Position numbers and translations under genes: made by a program. DNA of 64,000 bases, from contig JAGIQG010000009.1 of NCBI GenBank assembly GCA_024679065.1, positions 65,224,001-65,288,000 on the forward strand, given 5' to 3'. This document shows positions 13,331 through 25,899 of this stretch, piece after piece. Source of the stretch: Sphyrna mokarran (taxonomy: Eukaryota). The first letter of the stretch is position 1. Each line of letters starts with the position of its first letter. The notes beneath the pieces were generated by a model. The model saw only the letters and a list, made by a program, of their open reading frames with translations, was not told the DNA's origin and searched no databases.

Positions 13331-14469
13331 TTGCATTGATTTCAAAAAATCATTTCACATTTGTGAATTCTTTATCCATAATCTTGCAACAGTAAAGCCC
13401 ACGGATAGAATTCAGCAAGCAGTAACTTTAGGCAAATTAAACGTCGCTCAAACACTGTCTCACTGTTTAACAAAGCAGAATTATAGCAGGTTTCTTCTGA
13501 TTTACAAAGGACACATTTTTATATTTTTTAAAATCACAACAACTCTTAACAGCAGTGCCCAATGGCTTCAAGGCAGCTCACCGACCTTTAATTAACAGAA
13601 AAAGAGGATTGTCTTGGACTCCGAACATAATCCTGATATTTGCAATGTGAGATAACTTGTGTACAGTCTCTTCAATTTACCATACCACCTTGATTGTCCA
13701 GGATGGAAATTTTCCTATCTTAAGATTGAAGAAACAAGTCAATGTTTTGTTGCATGTCTCTGATTTATCCGCAAACATATACGTGGCCTATAATCAGTTC
13801 CGAAAAGGCATACAAACAACAACTAAGGGCACACTTAAAACTTGAAATATTTATTCCTTCATGCTTTCGATATTCTTGTGTCTTTTATTTTCGGCTTTAT
13901 CTCGACTATAACGTCTTCCTATTCTCAAAGTGAAAATCTGTTCTTCACTTGCTAGGAAAACATTTTGTGAAGTATGGAAAAGAAACTTCACTGAATCAGT
14001 CAAAGAAAATTAACATGGAGTGTAGCTGTCAGGATCATCAAGTTATAATGTATCAATTGCAAACAGAAAGACACTTTCACATTTCAAACCCGTAATGGCC
14101 CAATTTGCTTAATGCCTTTGCTTTGTCAGGTCTCCACTTCCTTACTCTCAAAATGTAACATTTCCCTGTGACAGAAGGCTGAAAATACATAACAATATAC
14201 CTACAGCTAAAAGTTTAAAAATATGAAATACAAGACATGCACGCACCTTTTATCACCAACCGATACGTGAAAAAATATGCACCTAAGATAGACTAACTAG
14301 ATACAACATATTAAATAAGGCACTTTTTAATGTTTAGTTGTTAACTATGGATAAAATATGATTTTATGAATATATCAAGAAGGATCAGAGGATTAAGCTA
14401 TGAATTCTCCCAAGATTAGCTAGTTAAACTTCTTCATTGTGTGTTAGTAAGCATGGCCCCCAAACTTTT

Positions 14470-15010
14470 TTGCTTGCCATTTCAACTCAACACTGTGCTC
14501 TCAAGCCCACATGTCCATCCTAATCCAACACAAACTAGAAGAACAAAACTTCATCTTCCAACTCAGCACATCATAATCTTCTGGACTTAACATTTAATTC
14601 AACTATTTTAGAACGCTATTCCTTCCGTAACTTAAACCTTACCCCTTCCATTTTGTAGTTTATTACCTGTTGCTTTTCATCTCACTGGCGTGGCCCATCT
14701 CTTCCCCATGTAGCCACCACTCCCTGGCTGCTCAGTTGCTCCCATTAATGCATTCTGTTACCTCACTTTTTGCCATCATTAGCACTCTTCATCCCTTAAT
14801 GCCACTCCCCTTTGTCATATGCCCAAGTCAAATTTGCCTGCATCTCCTTTGCCTCGACTTACCCCGAGATTTTTATTGTCCCACTTCTCCATTTCCAACT
14901 ATATAATGTTGCACATTTCTACCTTGTTCTAATTCTGTAGAATATTTCTATTTTTCTCCACAGATATTACCATCCTGCTGAATTTATCCAGCATTTTATG
15001 TTTTGATTAT
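14470..15010 (+). mobile_element. Penelope-like element 3' remnant
   Basis: Encodes a KLEEQNFIFQL...SGLNI-like end of a GIY-YIG ORF; terminal 'ctccacagat...cctgctgaatttatccagcatttt'. Confidence 0.7.
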
Positions 15011-16959
15011 AGCTAGTTAAACTGTTGTTTAATTAGTTATCATTAACAAATATGATGATCAAAAAAGTTGGGAAAATAATGTTCATACATAAAAATGAAT
15101 GTAAATGTAAAGTGCATGTCAATCTTCTATTCAGCACAGGGTCAATACAGTGCATTTTAAATGAGAGAGGGGTCAGTTGAATCAAAACTATTTCTCTCGT
15201 TTACCTGTTATAAAACCTTTTGAATTACCACCATTAAAGAAATCAACATATTGGCCTGCACAGACAGTTAGTAACCCCTACACAAGTTACAAAATGAAAC
15301 ATCACAACACTTCATTTAAAAAGCACACAAATGATACACTGCCATTAAAAAGAATAGCTTCAAGGAAATTGGTGTTGCCAATTCTAATTTCATTTTACTC
15401 TTAGTATTGGATTAGACAGTGAAACTTTATGGTAGTACTTTACTGTGTTCTGCGCTTTGGGAAAACAAGTCCCTCGTCACACCCCAGTTTACAACAAGCT
15501 CCTTCTCCGTCATGCCAGGTTGAATCATGCAGTGTTCTTCAAAATTTATTTCAAACAGCTTATGTATTCAACAATTGTTCAGACCCACTTTGATGACTCC
15601 TTACCCATTAAATCTCAAAAGGTTCCTTCTAATTTGTCATTGTCTTTTCAAACAGAGCACCAGCTCTCACCAGCATTCTGCTTAGTTACCAATAAAATAA
15701 AGTTGTTTCTTGCTCTTTGAAGCAGTAACTGCTCTGTTGCCCTTGTTTTTTTTCTCTCTCTGCCTCTCTTTCCAAAAGTAAATAACTCTTTTCTTGGGTC
15801 AAGGTATGAAAACTGTCATTTGCTTTTCAATAGCTTTTGGTTTGCATTTTTTTCCTCAAGACCAGATCACATGGATCTGTCTCCAAGCAGTGGTTTTTTA
15901 TTATGATCACCACGCTTCTTCACAATACCTATCCAGAAAATTTTGCTTTCTCTTAAACTACAGGAGACATTTAAAAAACTATTCATTACAATTAGATAAG
16001 ATAGTACAACAGGATTGGTCTGTTGTGTCTGCCTATCTGATTAGCCCAATCTAGAATTCACTGCTCTTAATACTGCTCTATACATTTACTCCTGAAATAT
16101 GTCTCTAAATTCCCCAAACTCCTTAATGGTTACCACCATCTTTCCATTCAAATACAATTAGTTAAAATCCCCAAAATGCCTATGGAGTTTTTAAATTTTA
16201 AAAATTACATACCACTCTATGACACCTTATAAGTCTTTCAGAGAAAGAAAGGGATTATTAACTCGGCATCAAGCCAAAGAGAGATTTTAAAGGATCCCAG
16301 CTAAAGTCTTCAACTTTATCCTAACGCTGCTTCCTTGAAGCTGGATAATAAATCCAAACATCCCCTGTCAGCCTGGCTAAGAGTCCATATATAATCAATA
16401 CAAAAAAATTAGAATAATTTCCCCACAAGTGTTGGATATGTGTTGGAGAGGTTCAGTTCCAGTTTCTTACTCTCCATCTTGTCCGGGTTCCCCTTATCCA
16501 TGGGAAGACAAAAAAAGACAGCAAGAAACACCCATCTGTAGCTCATTCAAGTCAGGGCTGTAGTAGATTAAATAAAAAGGTTTAAAAGTATTACAAAAAA
16601 AAGTAACAAGTCTGAGCATTGACAGTGTTTTAGAAAACAACAAATATTTACCAAAAAGTTGATAAAAGGAGAGTAAATTAACCAGTAATACAAATAAAAA
16701 TTCAAGAGCTTTTCAGTCTATAAAAAAAGTAACTAAAGTTAATGTTGGTGTCTTAGAATGAGAGACCTGAGAAATTGTAGGGAATGAGGAAATGGCAAAA
16801 TATCAAACTAATGTATCTGCCAACTTCTGTGATCGATCTTAGTTTGCTGATGATACAATGATAACAGGTCAAGTGAGGGGGGAACAAGATGGCAGATGAA
16901 CTATATAATGAAGGGAAACGTTAAGTTATTCATTTTGGTCAAAAGAAGAGGAGAACAAA

Positions 16960-18960
16960 GAAGAATACAGCACAGAAACAGGCCCTTCTCAATCCTCAAA
17001 TCTTAATTTAGACCCAGTACTTCTTGCCCATACACTGTTTCCATCCATCTGCTCATCTCATGGGTCTGTCAAGGCATGCTTGAACGTAGGTAAATGTGCC
17101 TGCTTCCATTATATCCTCTGGCAGTGTATTCCAGGCACCTGCCACCCTATGGAATAACTTTCTCCATACGTCATCCCCAAAACTTTCCTCCTCACCCTGA
17201 ATCTGTGCCTTCATATAGTTGACCTTTTCACTCAGGAAAAATCTCTTGACTATCCACCTTGTCAACGCCACTCAGTTTTGTAGACTTTGTAAGGTCGCCC
17301 TTCAGCCTCCAGTGAAAACAATCCAAGTTTATCCAACCTCTCTCCTCATACCTAAAACCCTCCAGAACTGACAACATTTCAGGAAATCTTTTTTGCAGCC
17401 TCTCCAAAACATCTACATACTTCTGATGTGGTGACCAGAATTGCACGCAATATTTAAAACATGACCTAATTAATGTTTTATAACATGACTCTCCAATTTT
17501 TGGAATCAATGCCCCAGCCGATGAGGCAAGCATGCTGTATACCTTTTTGACCACTCTACTCATTAGTCTTCCTACTTTTAGTGATCTACAGACCTGTATG
17601 CCCAGATCCCTTTGTATGTTAATGCTCCTAAGTGATGTGCCATTAATTGCATAACTCACACCTGAATTTGATCTGCTAAGATGCATCACCTCGCATTTGT
17701 CCAGATTAAACTCCATCTGCCATTGCTCTACCCACGTCTCCAAACTATTTATATCCTGTAGTACCCTTTGACAATCCTCGTCACTATCTACGACTCCACT
17801 AATTTTTGTGTCATCCGCAAACTTATCTGACCACCTTGGCATGGTGGCACAGTGGTTGACACTGCTGCCTCAGTGCCAGGGTCACAGATTCAATTCTCAG
17901 CTTGGATCATTATCTGTGCAGGGTCTGCATGTTCTTCCTATGGCTGCATGGGTTTCCTTCCAATGGTCTAGTTTTCTCCCACAGTCCAAAAGATGTGCTG
18001 GTTAGATACATTCACCATGTTTAATTCTCCCTCCATATACCTGAACAGATGCCAGAATGTGGCAACTGGAAGATTTTCACAATCACTTCATTACAATGTT
18101 ATACAAGTTTACTTGTAAACACTAATAAATCAAAATAAACTTTTTCCTCCAGATCATTTATATATAACATCCGCACGTTTCCCTCATCATTCTTGTCACC
18201 TTGTCAAAAAACTCAAACAATTTGGAGAAACATGACCTTCCACATATAAAATCATCCAAATGTGAATAAATTCTGTCTTAGTATCTTTGCCATCAGCTTC
18301 CCCACCATTGACGTCAGGTTCACTGGCCCACAATTAGCTGGATTATCTTTGTTTCCCTAATTAAATGAAGGAAGGACTATGGCCATTCTCGAGTTCTCTG
18401 GGACCTCGTCTGTGGCCAACAAGGATGAAAAGATACCTAAAGGCCCCAGCTATTTTCTCCCTTACCTCACAATGTCCTGGGATAGATTCCAACTGGCCCT
18501 GAGCACTTGTCTATGTTAATGTATTTTAAGACTCCCAACATTTCCTCCACCATCGCACTGACCTATTCAAGAGTATTCACACAGCTTTCCCTAAGATTAA
18601 CATCCTTCATGTCCCTCTCTGGTGAGTACTGATGCAAAGTACTCATTTAGGATCTCACCCATTTCCTCTGGTTCCACACCTTTATCCTTGACTAAGCTTA
18701 CTCTTTCCCCAACTATGCTCATCTTTCTAATATATGCTTAAAATACTTTGGGTTCTCCTCAACCTTGTTGGCCAAGGACGTTTCATGGCCCTTTTAGCCC
18801 ACCTAATTCACCATTTTAGCTTCTTCCTACATTCTCTATATTCTTCAAGAGTTGTGTCTATTTTTAGCTGTCTATACCTTCCTTTTTTCCTCTGGCTAAC
18901 TGACAATTTCCCATCATCAAAAGTACCAGAATTCTGTCATTGCTGTCCTGAGCTGAATAC
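16960..18960 (-). mobile_element. Degenerate CR1 LINE interrupted by a SINE; plus-strand CR1 scraps at ~16550-16950
   Basis: ORF 17228-17842 contains KFADDTK, WQMEFN and YCVQFWSP. Confidence 0.9.
17838..18143 (+). mobile_element. tRNA-derived V-SINE/HE1-like SINE nested in the CR1
   Basis: Head 'ggcatggtggcacagtggttgacactgctgcctc', V-domain 'tgcatgggtttcc...cccacagtccaaaagatgtgc', tail 'cttgtaaacactaataaa'. Confidence 0.85.
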
Positions 18961-19032
18961 TTTTTAAAAGGTGAGAAACTCGTTCAGAAAGATTTGGATG
19001 TGCTGGTACAAGGAACACAAAAAGTCAACATA

Positions 19033-19575
19033 CTGTTGTTTAAGGGTCTCTTGGACAGCCACATGAGCGGTATGCAGATAGAGGGATATATTAGGACTGT
19101 TTAACTACGGCTTTTTTCCACAGGTAATTCAGTCCATAATTTGAGCACGCGTTCGGCAGGTGGTGCGGGTACAGCTCTTGGATGTTGATTCATGGGATGC
19201 CTGGTACCTCATGTCGTATATGAGTGCTTTATGTGGACCACCTGAAGGGCACCATGACAGCTCAGAGACTATCGATGTGGCTGTGCAGACACTTGGAATT
19301 GGGCCGGTGTCTGCGGGAGTTTGCGCGTTCTCCCCGTGGTTGCGTGGGTTTTCTCCGGGCACTCCGGTTTCCTCCCACAACCCAAAAATTCGCTCTTAGG
19401 CTGATTGGGTAACAAATTGTCCCTATGGTGAAAATTTTCCAAATTAGGATTAATATATATATTATTATATAGGAATATTAAAATAGGATAATGTATTTGG
19501 TATTACGGTGGCGCGGGCTCGTTGGGCCGAAGGGCCTGTTTCCCGTGCTGTGTTGCTTAATTAATAATCTATGTA
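19033..19575 (+). mobile_element. CR1 3' end with a long 3' UTR containing a V-SINE domain
   Basis: LFKGLLDSHMSGMQIEGYIRTV* resembles a CR1 ORF2 C-terminus. It is followed by a V-domain at ~19305-19410 and a CR1 tail 'gggccgaagggcctgtttccc'. Inserted into an older CR1. Confidence 0.75.
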
Positions 19576-19639
19576 GAAATACAGGTATAGCAAACAATTA
19601 TGAAAGAAAACAGAATGTTGACCTTTATGCAATAGAAAT

Positions 19640-19975
19640 AGAATCTCTATAGTGCAAAAGGCGGCCATTCGGCCCATCGAATCTGCACCACCTCTCCAAA
19701 AGCGCACATTACCCAGGCCCTATTCCAATAATTCCACATATTTACCCCTCTATTTCTCCAATCTACACATCTTGGGACATAAAGTTGCACTTTAGCATAG
19801 CCAGTCAACCTAACCTGCTCATCTTTGGAATGTGGGAAGAAATCAGAGCAACCAGGGAAAACCCATGCAGACATAAGAAGAATGTGCAAACTCCATACAG
19901 TCAACTAACACTGGAATCGAACCCAGGTCCCTGGTGCTGAGGCAGCAGTGCTAAGCACTGTGCCATCATGCCGCT
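19640..19975 (-). mobile_element. HE1/V-SINE-like SINE, near full length
   Basis: Reverse complement shows a tRNA head (A box, and B box GGTTCGATTCC), a V-domain and a CR1-type tail. Confidence 0.9.
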
Positions 19976-20199
19976 CTTGTGTGGTTTTAGCTCAGAGCTG
20001 GCAAGCTTCATTGGGTTGGCCTTGCATTTGGAATTCACCAAGCTCAAATTTTCCCCACTACACCTAGATATGTTACTTCTTTTGTGCCCTAACTCTTTCC
20101 GCCATGGAGTCAGTGGCCTTCTTCCACTTTCTCAACACCCCTAGAACTTCTCTTGAGCCTTAATTACACAGCACTATCAAATGGTTGCTGGGACCTGCC

Positions 20200-20908
20200 T
20201 TGAACCCAACTACGTAAAGCTAGCAAGCAGCAACAGTTTTGCTTTGTAGGTTAAATGTGTTAGATGTGGTAAATGTGTTGGGTCACGGAGATGGGAAGGG
20301 GAGAGCGCCTAGATAAGATATACTCTATGGGTGTTTCAGTCAGAGTTGGTGCAGACTTAGTGGGCCAAATGGCCTTCTTCTACATTAAAGGAATTTCTAT
20401 GATACCAAGCAGAGATGGAAATGCAGAGGTGGAAACCCAGGAGAACAGATTCTTGGAGATAAGATGAAACCGTAAGAGGTATGCAGTCATTCTGAGAAAG
20501 ACCAGCTTTGAAGGAATTCAGAGATTTGTTTGTCATTTCTCACGAGAGAGACTGAGTTTAATGAAATTGGTTTACTCAGTGTTTACTGACATTGGAATGA
20601 GTTTCTGAAAAATTCATGAGATCTAGCTTGGTTCTTTATTTACAATGTGGGGGTTCATTCACAGTTTACCTGTAATTTCACATGCATCTCCTATTAACCT
20701 TGCAGAGTATAAGACAGATATTGTAAACTGATTCTTCCTTTTTGACTTTCTACAGTAAACTTTAGCTTGGTTCAAAATGCAAGGAATCTTGTGGCTTTCC
20801 TTCTTCAGTAAGGGTTTTGAATCTCAAACTTTGTCTACTTTGAACAAAGTGTCATTTGTCCCTAACTGGACCTTGCCAACATGTGGGAATCTGATCTAGG
20901 ATCATAAC
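20200..20908 (+). mobile_element. Possible solo LTR remnant with a SINE 3' fragment inserted at ~20250-20403
   Basis: Ends in 'ggatcataaca', a typical LTR 3' terminus. No TSD or 5' TG was confirmed. Confidence 0.35.
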
Positions 20909-21244
20909 ACTGAAATGCTTCGGGTTTTTTTTTGCTGGGAACAAAGCAAGATGAGAGGTGATTGAGAAAATCCAGAGCAGCAGAAATATCTAAGTAAGCA
21001 ATTCCAACCTTTTTAAAATACAGTTCTTTGAACCATAGCACGTGATTATACAGGGAAATGCAGCACTTTATAGATAGAAGACTCCTGAAAACAACAATTT
21101 GATTAACTGGTTGATTAGTCAATGAAGCCACACCCAAATCCAAAATAACAAGGAAACAGTAATTCAAGAACAACAGATGAGTGATGAAAGAGGAGAATTA
21201 AAGTCCCTACAACATTGATGCTTGACTTCATCCTTAATTGCTCT

Positions 21245-21648
21245 GAAAACGAGAGGGCTGCTCTTGGATTTTTTCGAGAGTATCCTAATACTTCACGTCA
21301 TTAGTGTACACTTGACCTGGACTATTTGATGGGCAACACGACAGCTTAGTGACTATCGCTGTGCTGTGCGGATACACGGATTTGGGCCTGTGTCTGTGGG
21401 AGTTTGCGCATTCTCCCCATGCTTGTGTGGATTTTCTCCGGGTGCTCCAGTTTCTTCCCACATCTGAAAAATGTGCTCTTAGGCTAACTGGCAAAACAAA
21501 TTCTCCCTAAATTGTCTCAAATTTGGTTTTTAATCCATAGATCTATAAACATAGACAGGAATCACAGGTAGAGGTGGGAACATCGAGGTGACGGCATGGG
21601 TTCGTTGGGCCGAAGGGCCTGTTTTCCATGCTGTTTTGTTCTTTGAGA
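21245..21648 (+). mobile_element. Second copy of the CR1-UTR/V-SINE chimeric element
   Basis: Shares the leader 'ctcttggat...gggca.ca.gacagct.ag.gactatcg.tgtg', the V-domain and the CR1 tail with 19170-19560. Confidence 0.7.
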
Positions 21649-22834
21649 TTCAGTTGCAACCAGTTCACAATATGAAATATGGAATGATTAATATAATCTT
21701 CCCACAGGCTTTAAAATTTGAAGACTTACACAATGCTATTGATGCAAAAAACTCTTCCATGCTAGAGAACGAAGCTACTGTATTTTATCAACATAGGAAA
21801 GTAACTTTATAAAACCAAGGAAAGGAAAAAGCCTCACTTACCACCAATCCATTTAACATTTTATTTATGAAATGGAGTCATTGCAGGAATGCATTAACAG
21901 CTTGCATTATTTTAACTCTATGCTTCTATTATTCTCCAGCTCAGGACAAGTTTATCTGGATTCCAACGTATGGGAAAAGGCTTACTCCATGAAATTCTCA
22001 AAAAAAAAATGTAATAATAAGTCTATACAATCACAGCTTTTCTAGTGACTTATGATTTTAAGTGCAAAACAATGGAAGCTCATATCCATAAAGAAAATAA
22101 TCAGTCAAGCTGCTACAACTTATCAGATGTGGAAAAGTGTAGACATATGGATACAAAATACTCAGATTAAAAATCATCAGCAGGAATCATTTATAATCTA
22201 TGACTTTATTCTAGATATATAAATAAAAATATCAGGGCCAATCACTTTGGAAAACAGTGTCTGCAATTTCTATTTGCAAATGTTCTGAAAGAGGTTCACT
22301 CCACCTACAACATTAATCCAAAATGAAAATCGTCCTTGCACACATCAGATGTCAACTTTAACTCACAAAGAATGACACAGCAGATTTCAAAACAAACATT
22401 TCCCCTCACTTCCTTCATAGCTGCTAAATACAATGATTTCATGTTACATGATCCAAAACGCTTCATATGTCAGTACTCCAATATGTTACAATGAACTTGA
22501 ATAAGTTATGTTGTATTATGCATCTATATCTACATCAATCTACTCAAATTGATTTGATGGGAAATTTTGAAAGCTAGTTCCTATTTTTGTTATTTTCTTG
22601 CTTAGAAACAGTAAGATCAACAGCCAAATGAGCATCATTTACACAACCCTCGTAACAAAGATGCATTGTGGAGTGAAAAGACTAGTAAATAAACAGGCAA
22701 TAGGAGGTACTGCTATAAACATGCTCGTTTACAAATCATTCAGACCTTCATAGGTTGAACTGAACACTAAAGTGGGATCTGGGCAATAAGTCAGGAATCA
22801 AAAATAATATCAATAGCCGAAACTATTCGCACTA

Positions 22835-23025
22835 AAGTCCAAAGATGTGCAGGTTAGGTTGGTTGGCTATGCTAAAAATTGTCCTTATGATGCATAAATT
22901 AGAGGGATTGGTGGGTAAAATATGTAGGGATATGGGGGTACGGCCTGGGTGGGATTGAGGTCATGCAGACTCAATAGGCCAAATGGCTTTTTTCTGTATA
23001 AAGGGTTTCTATAATGATTTCTGTG
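22835..23025 (+). mobile_element. HE1-like SINE 3' half (similar fragment at ~24255-24370)
   Basis: 'agtccaaagatgtgcaggttaggttggttggctatgctaaaaattgtcc...ggccaaatggc'. Confidence 0.8.
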
Positions 23026-24689
23026 ATGATAAAGAATATTATCATGAAAAGTCAATAATCAAATTAGATTAAATTTTCACACAATGGAACAACAACTTAC
23101 AGCAGCTTTAACACAGTAAATGTGCCAAAGTACTCCACAGGGGCATTATGCAGGAAGAATGTGCAAGATTGCAACTGAATAAGATTTAGATTGAACAAGG
23201 AGTTGGGAGTTCAATGCAGAGGGGCAAAGGAAGCCTTTTTCTACTTTTCAAATTCCAATATGGTGAGTTTTCTTCTTTGTCTCCAAGTTAGGTAAATGCT
23301 AACTGAAAGTAATAGACTCACTTAGATCAGTTAAATCTCAGTTGACAGGCCAGTTTAACATCTGAGTCTGAGAGACCATTTTAACATGCAAGATATATTA
23401 GAAGCAGGATAGTACAGAATCTTGTATATAGGCAGATAAAATATATTCACTGGACCAGGAAAAAAATGTTTCCCCGGCATGATTATCTGCCTTGTATTGT
23501 ATGCTAAGTATAAGCTGGATTTGATTTAGAGTTTTTCAATTTGGATGTTGTTTGGGACCTGGAGAATCAGGATCGCAAATGTACATATTTTGGGACAATA
23601 TCTGCGCCTGTATGTAGTAATTCTGACAGTTAATTTCTTAAAATATTATAGTCCTATTCATGTGCATTTGTTTTTTTATTTTCATAAATACTCTTTAGTA
23701 TGTTACACAGCAGCTGGGCTAGTTATTCACACTAGGGTTTCAAGTGACTCCACACATCAGTCCAGAAACAAAACTATACAGCACCATGAACCTATTTCAA
23801 GTTGAGACACCCTTGCAGTTAACATCCGTATGGTTGCAACATATAGAAATTGCAGAGCTAATGGTGTGCCTTGACTGCAACACCTGTGAACCTACAGAAC
23901 GCACAGCAATCTTGGACAACCACATCTGCTGAAAGTGTCTTAGCTAAGGTAACTTTGGCTCTGAGATGTTGAGCTGGAGTCTCAAATTTAAACATTGCAG
24001 GTCAGAGAGGGTGAGAGTTACTTGCACATTTTGTTCCAGGAAGCAGGAGCAGGAGGATGTGACTGCGAGTCATGGAGTGAAGGAGAACCAACATGTAATG
24101 GGAGGAGCCTCAGCCTGTGATCACATTCAAAAGGTATGAGGGTACATGCAATTGTGTGGATGAGGACTGCCAAGTGGATGAGCAGATTGACTATGGTACC
24201 ATGGTGAAGGCTGCCATTCAAGTGAGAGAAGTGAAGAGGATTGTGGTAGTGATTCTGGACAGATGGGCTAAATATGTGAGGTTACAGGGATAGGATCTGG
24301 GTGGGATTGTTGTTGGTGCTGTTGTAATGGGTTGAATGGCCTCCTTCTATGCTGTAGGGATTCTGTGATTCTCTGAAATGAGTTTCAATTAATAGGCACC
24401 CATACTGGGGAAAATGGGAGCTGCATTATTGGCACAATCTACACCTAAATAATGCTGAGAGCAATTTTCTGGCGAATTGTATAATTAGAGCAGTAGCAAG
24501 GTCTTTAAACTAAATATTTGGAGAAGGAATCAGGAGAGAGGAGAAATACTAAGGAAAATAAAGTAATGATGCAGGGCAACAATTTAGCCAATGAGTTCCA
24601 TAGTGTGACAGGAAGGGGCAGAGCAGACAACTGTATGAGTGCACCAGGGACGTGAAGCCAAAAATGGTAAAAAAAAAATAATTTAAGAT

Positions 24690-25520
24690 GCTGTATCTGA
24701 ATGCATGTAGCATTTGCAACTAAATGGAAAAATTGTTAACACAGGTAGAAGTAAATGTATATGACCTGAATGACAACATAGACATGAATGAAAGGTGACC
24801 AGGGTTGAGATCTTAATGTGCAAAAAGATGTTTGACAAACTGAAATAACAGGAGGCTGGGAAATACAGCAGGGTAGCTCTGTTATTTAAGCATGGAATTA
24901 GTAAAGTAGATTCAGTTTGGGTAGAGATAAGAAATAAAACGTCACTTGTGGGAGTAGGCTAAATGCTTTCCCCCACTCCCTCTCCCAAAAGTACATACTG
25001 TAGAATATGCAGTAAAACATAAATGACATGTATAAGTGTACCATGATAATCATGGGTGCCTTCAATCGACGTATAGATTGGGAAAATTAGATTGTCAAAT
25101 GTTGCCTGGAAAATAAGTTCATTGATGCCTGTCTAGACAAATCTGTGAACCTTAGTGTAGGATATTCTAATGTTAGCCAGGGAGCAGGCTGTATTCAATG
25201 CTAGTATGCAGTGAGTCAGGATTAATCAATAACTTAATGTTAAAGGAACTTCTCTGTGATAACCATCATGATAGAACTTCATGATCAGTTACAAATGGAG
25301 AAGTGTGGCTCCGTGACTAATGTGTTAAATTTAAATAAAGGTAACCAGAGTATGAAGGCTATGGTACATTGGGAAACCAGGTTAAAAGGCAGCACAGTAG
25401 AATTGCAAAAAGATTTATCCCAGTGAGAAAGATGTTTTGAGAAGCACCATCCATAACTAAATAAAGTTAGAGATGGTATTAAATTGAAATAAATACTACA
25501 AATCTGCAAAGATAGTTGTC
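24690..25520 (+). mobile_element. Old CR1 LINE, endonuclease region
   Basis: 'ctgtatctgaatgcatgtagcatttgcaac' (LYLNA.SI.N) and later 'ataatcatgggtgccttcaat' (IIMG.FN). Confidence 0.75.
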
Positions 25521-25867
25521 ACAGTAAAAAGTCTTATAACTCAGATTAAAGTCCAACAGGTTTATTTGGTAGTAAATGCCTCTAGCTTTTGGGGTTTACT
25601 CTTTCGTCAGGTGAGTGGAAGTTCTGATCACAAACAGAACATATAAAAACTGTGTGCGCCTTCCTATGCTCTGTTTGTGATCAGAACTCCCACTCACTTG
25701 ACGAAGAGGCAAATCCCGAAAACTGGTGACGTTTACTACTAAATAAACCTGTTGGACTTTAATCTGGTGTTATGAGACTTTTTATTGTGACAACTATCTT
25801 TGCAGATTTGTAGTATTTGTTTCAATTTAATACTATCTTTAACTTCTTTATTTAGTTATGGATGGTG
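25445..25867. repeat. ~420-bp imperfect palindrome: two Penelope 3' ends back to back plus ~75 bp of duplicated CR1 flank
   Basis: 25445-25642 is the imperfect reverse complement of ~25665-25867. The inner part matches the 3' end of the Penelope element at 59250-59373. Confidence 0.92.
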
Positions 25868-25899
25868 ACATAGACAGCATTCAACTAATACTGATAAGT

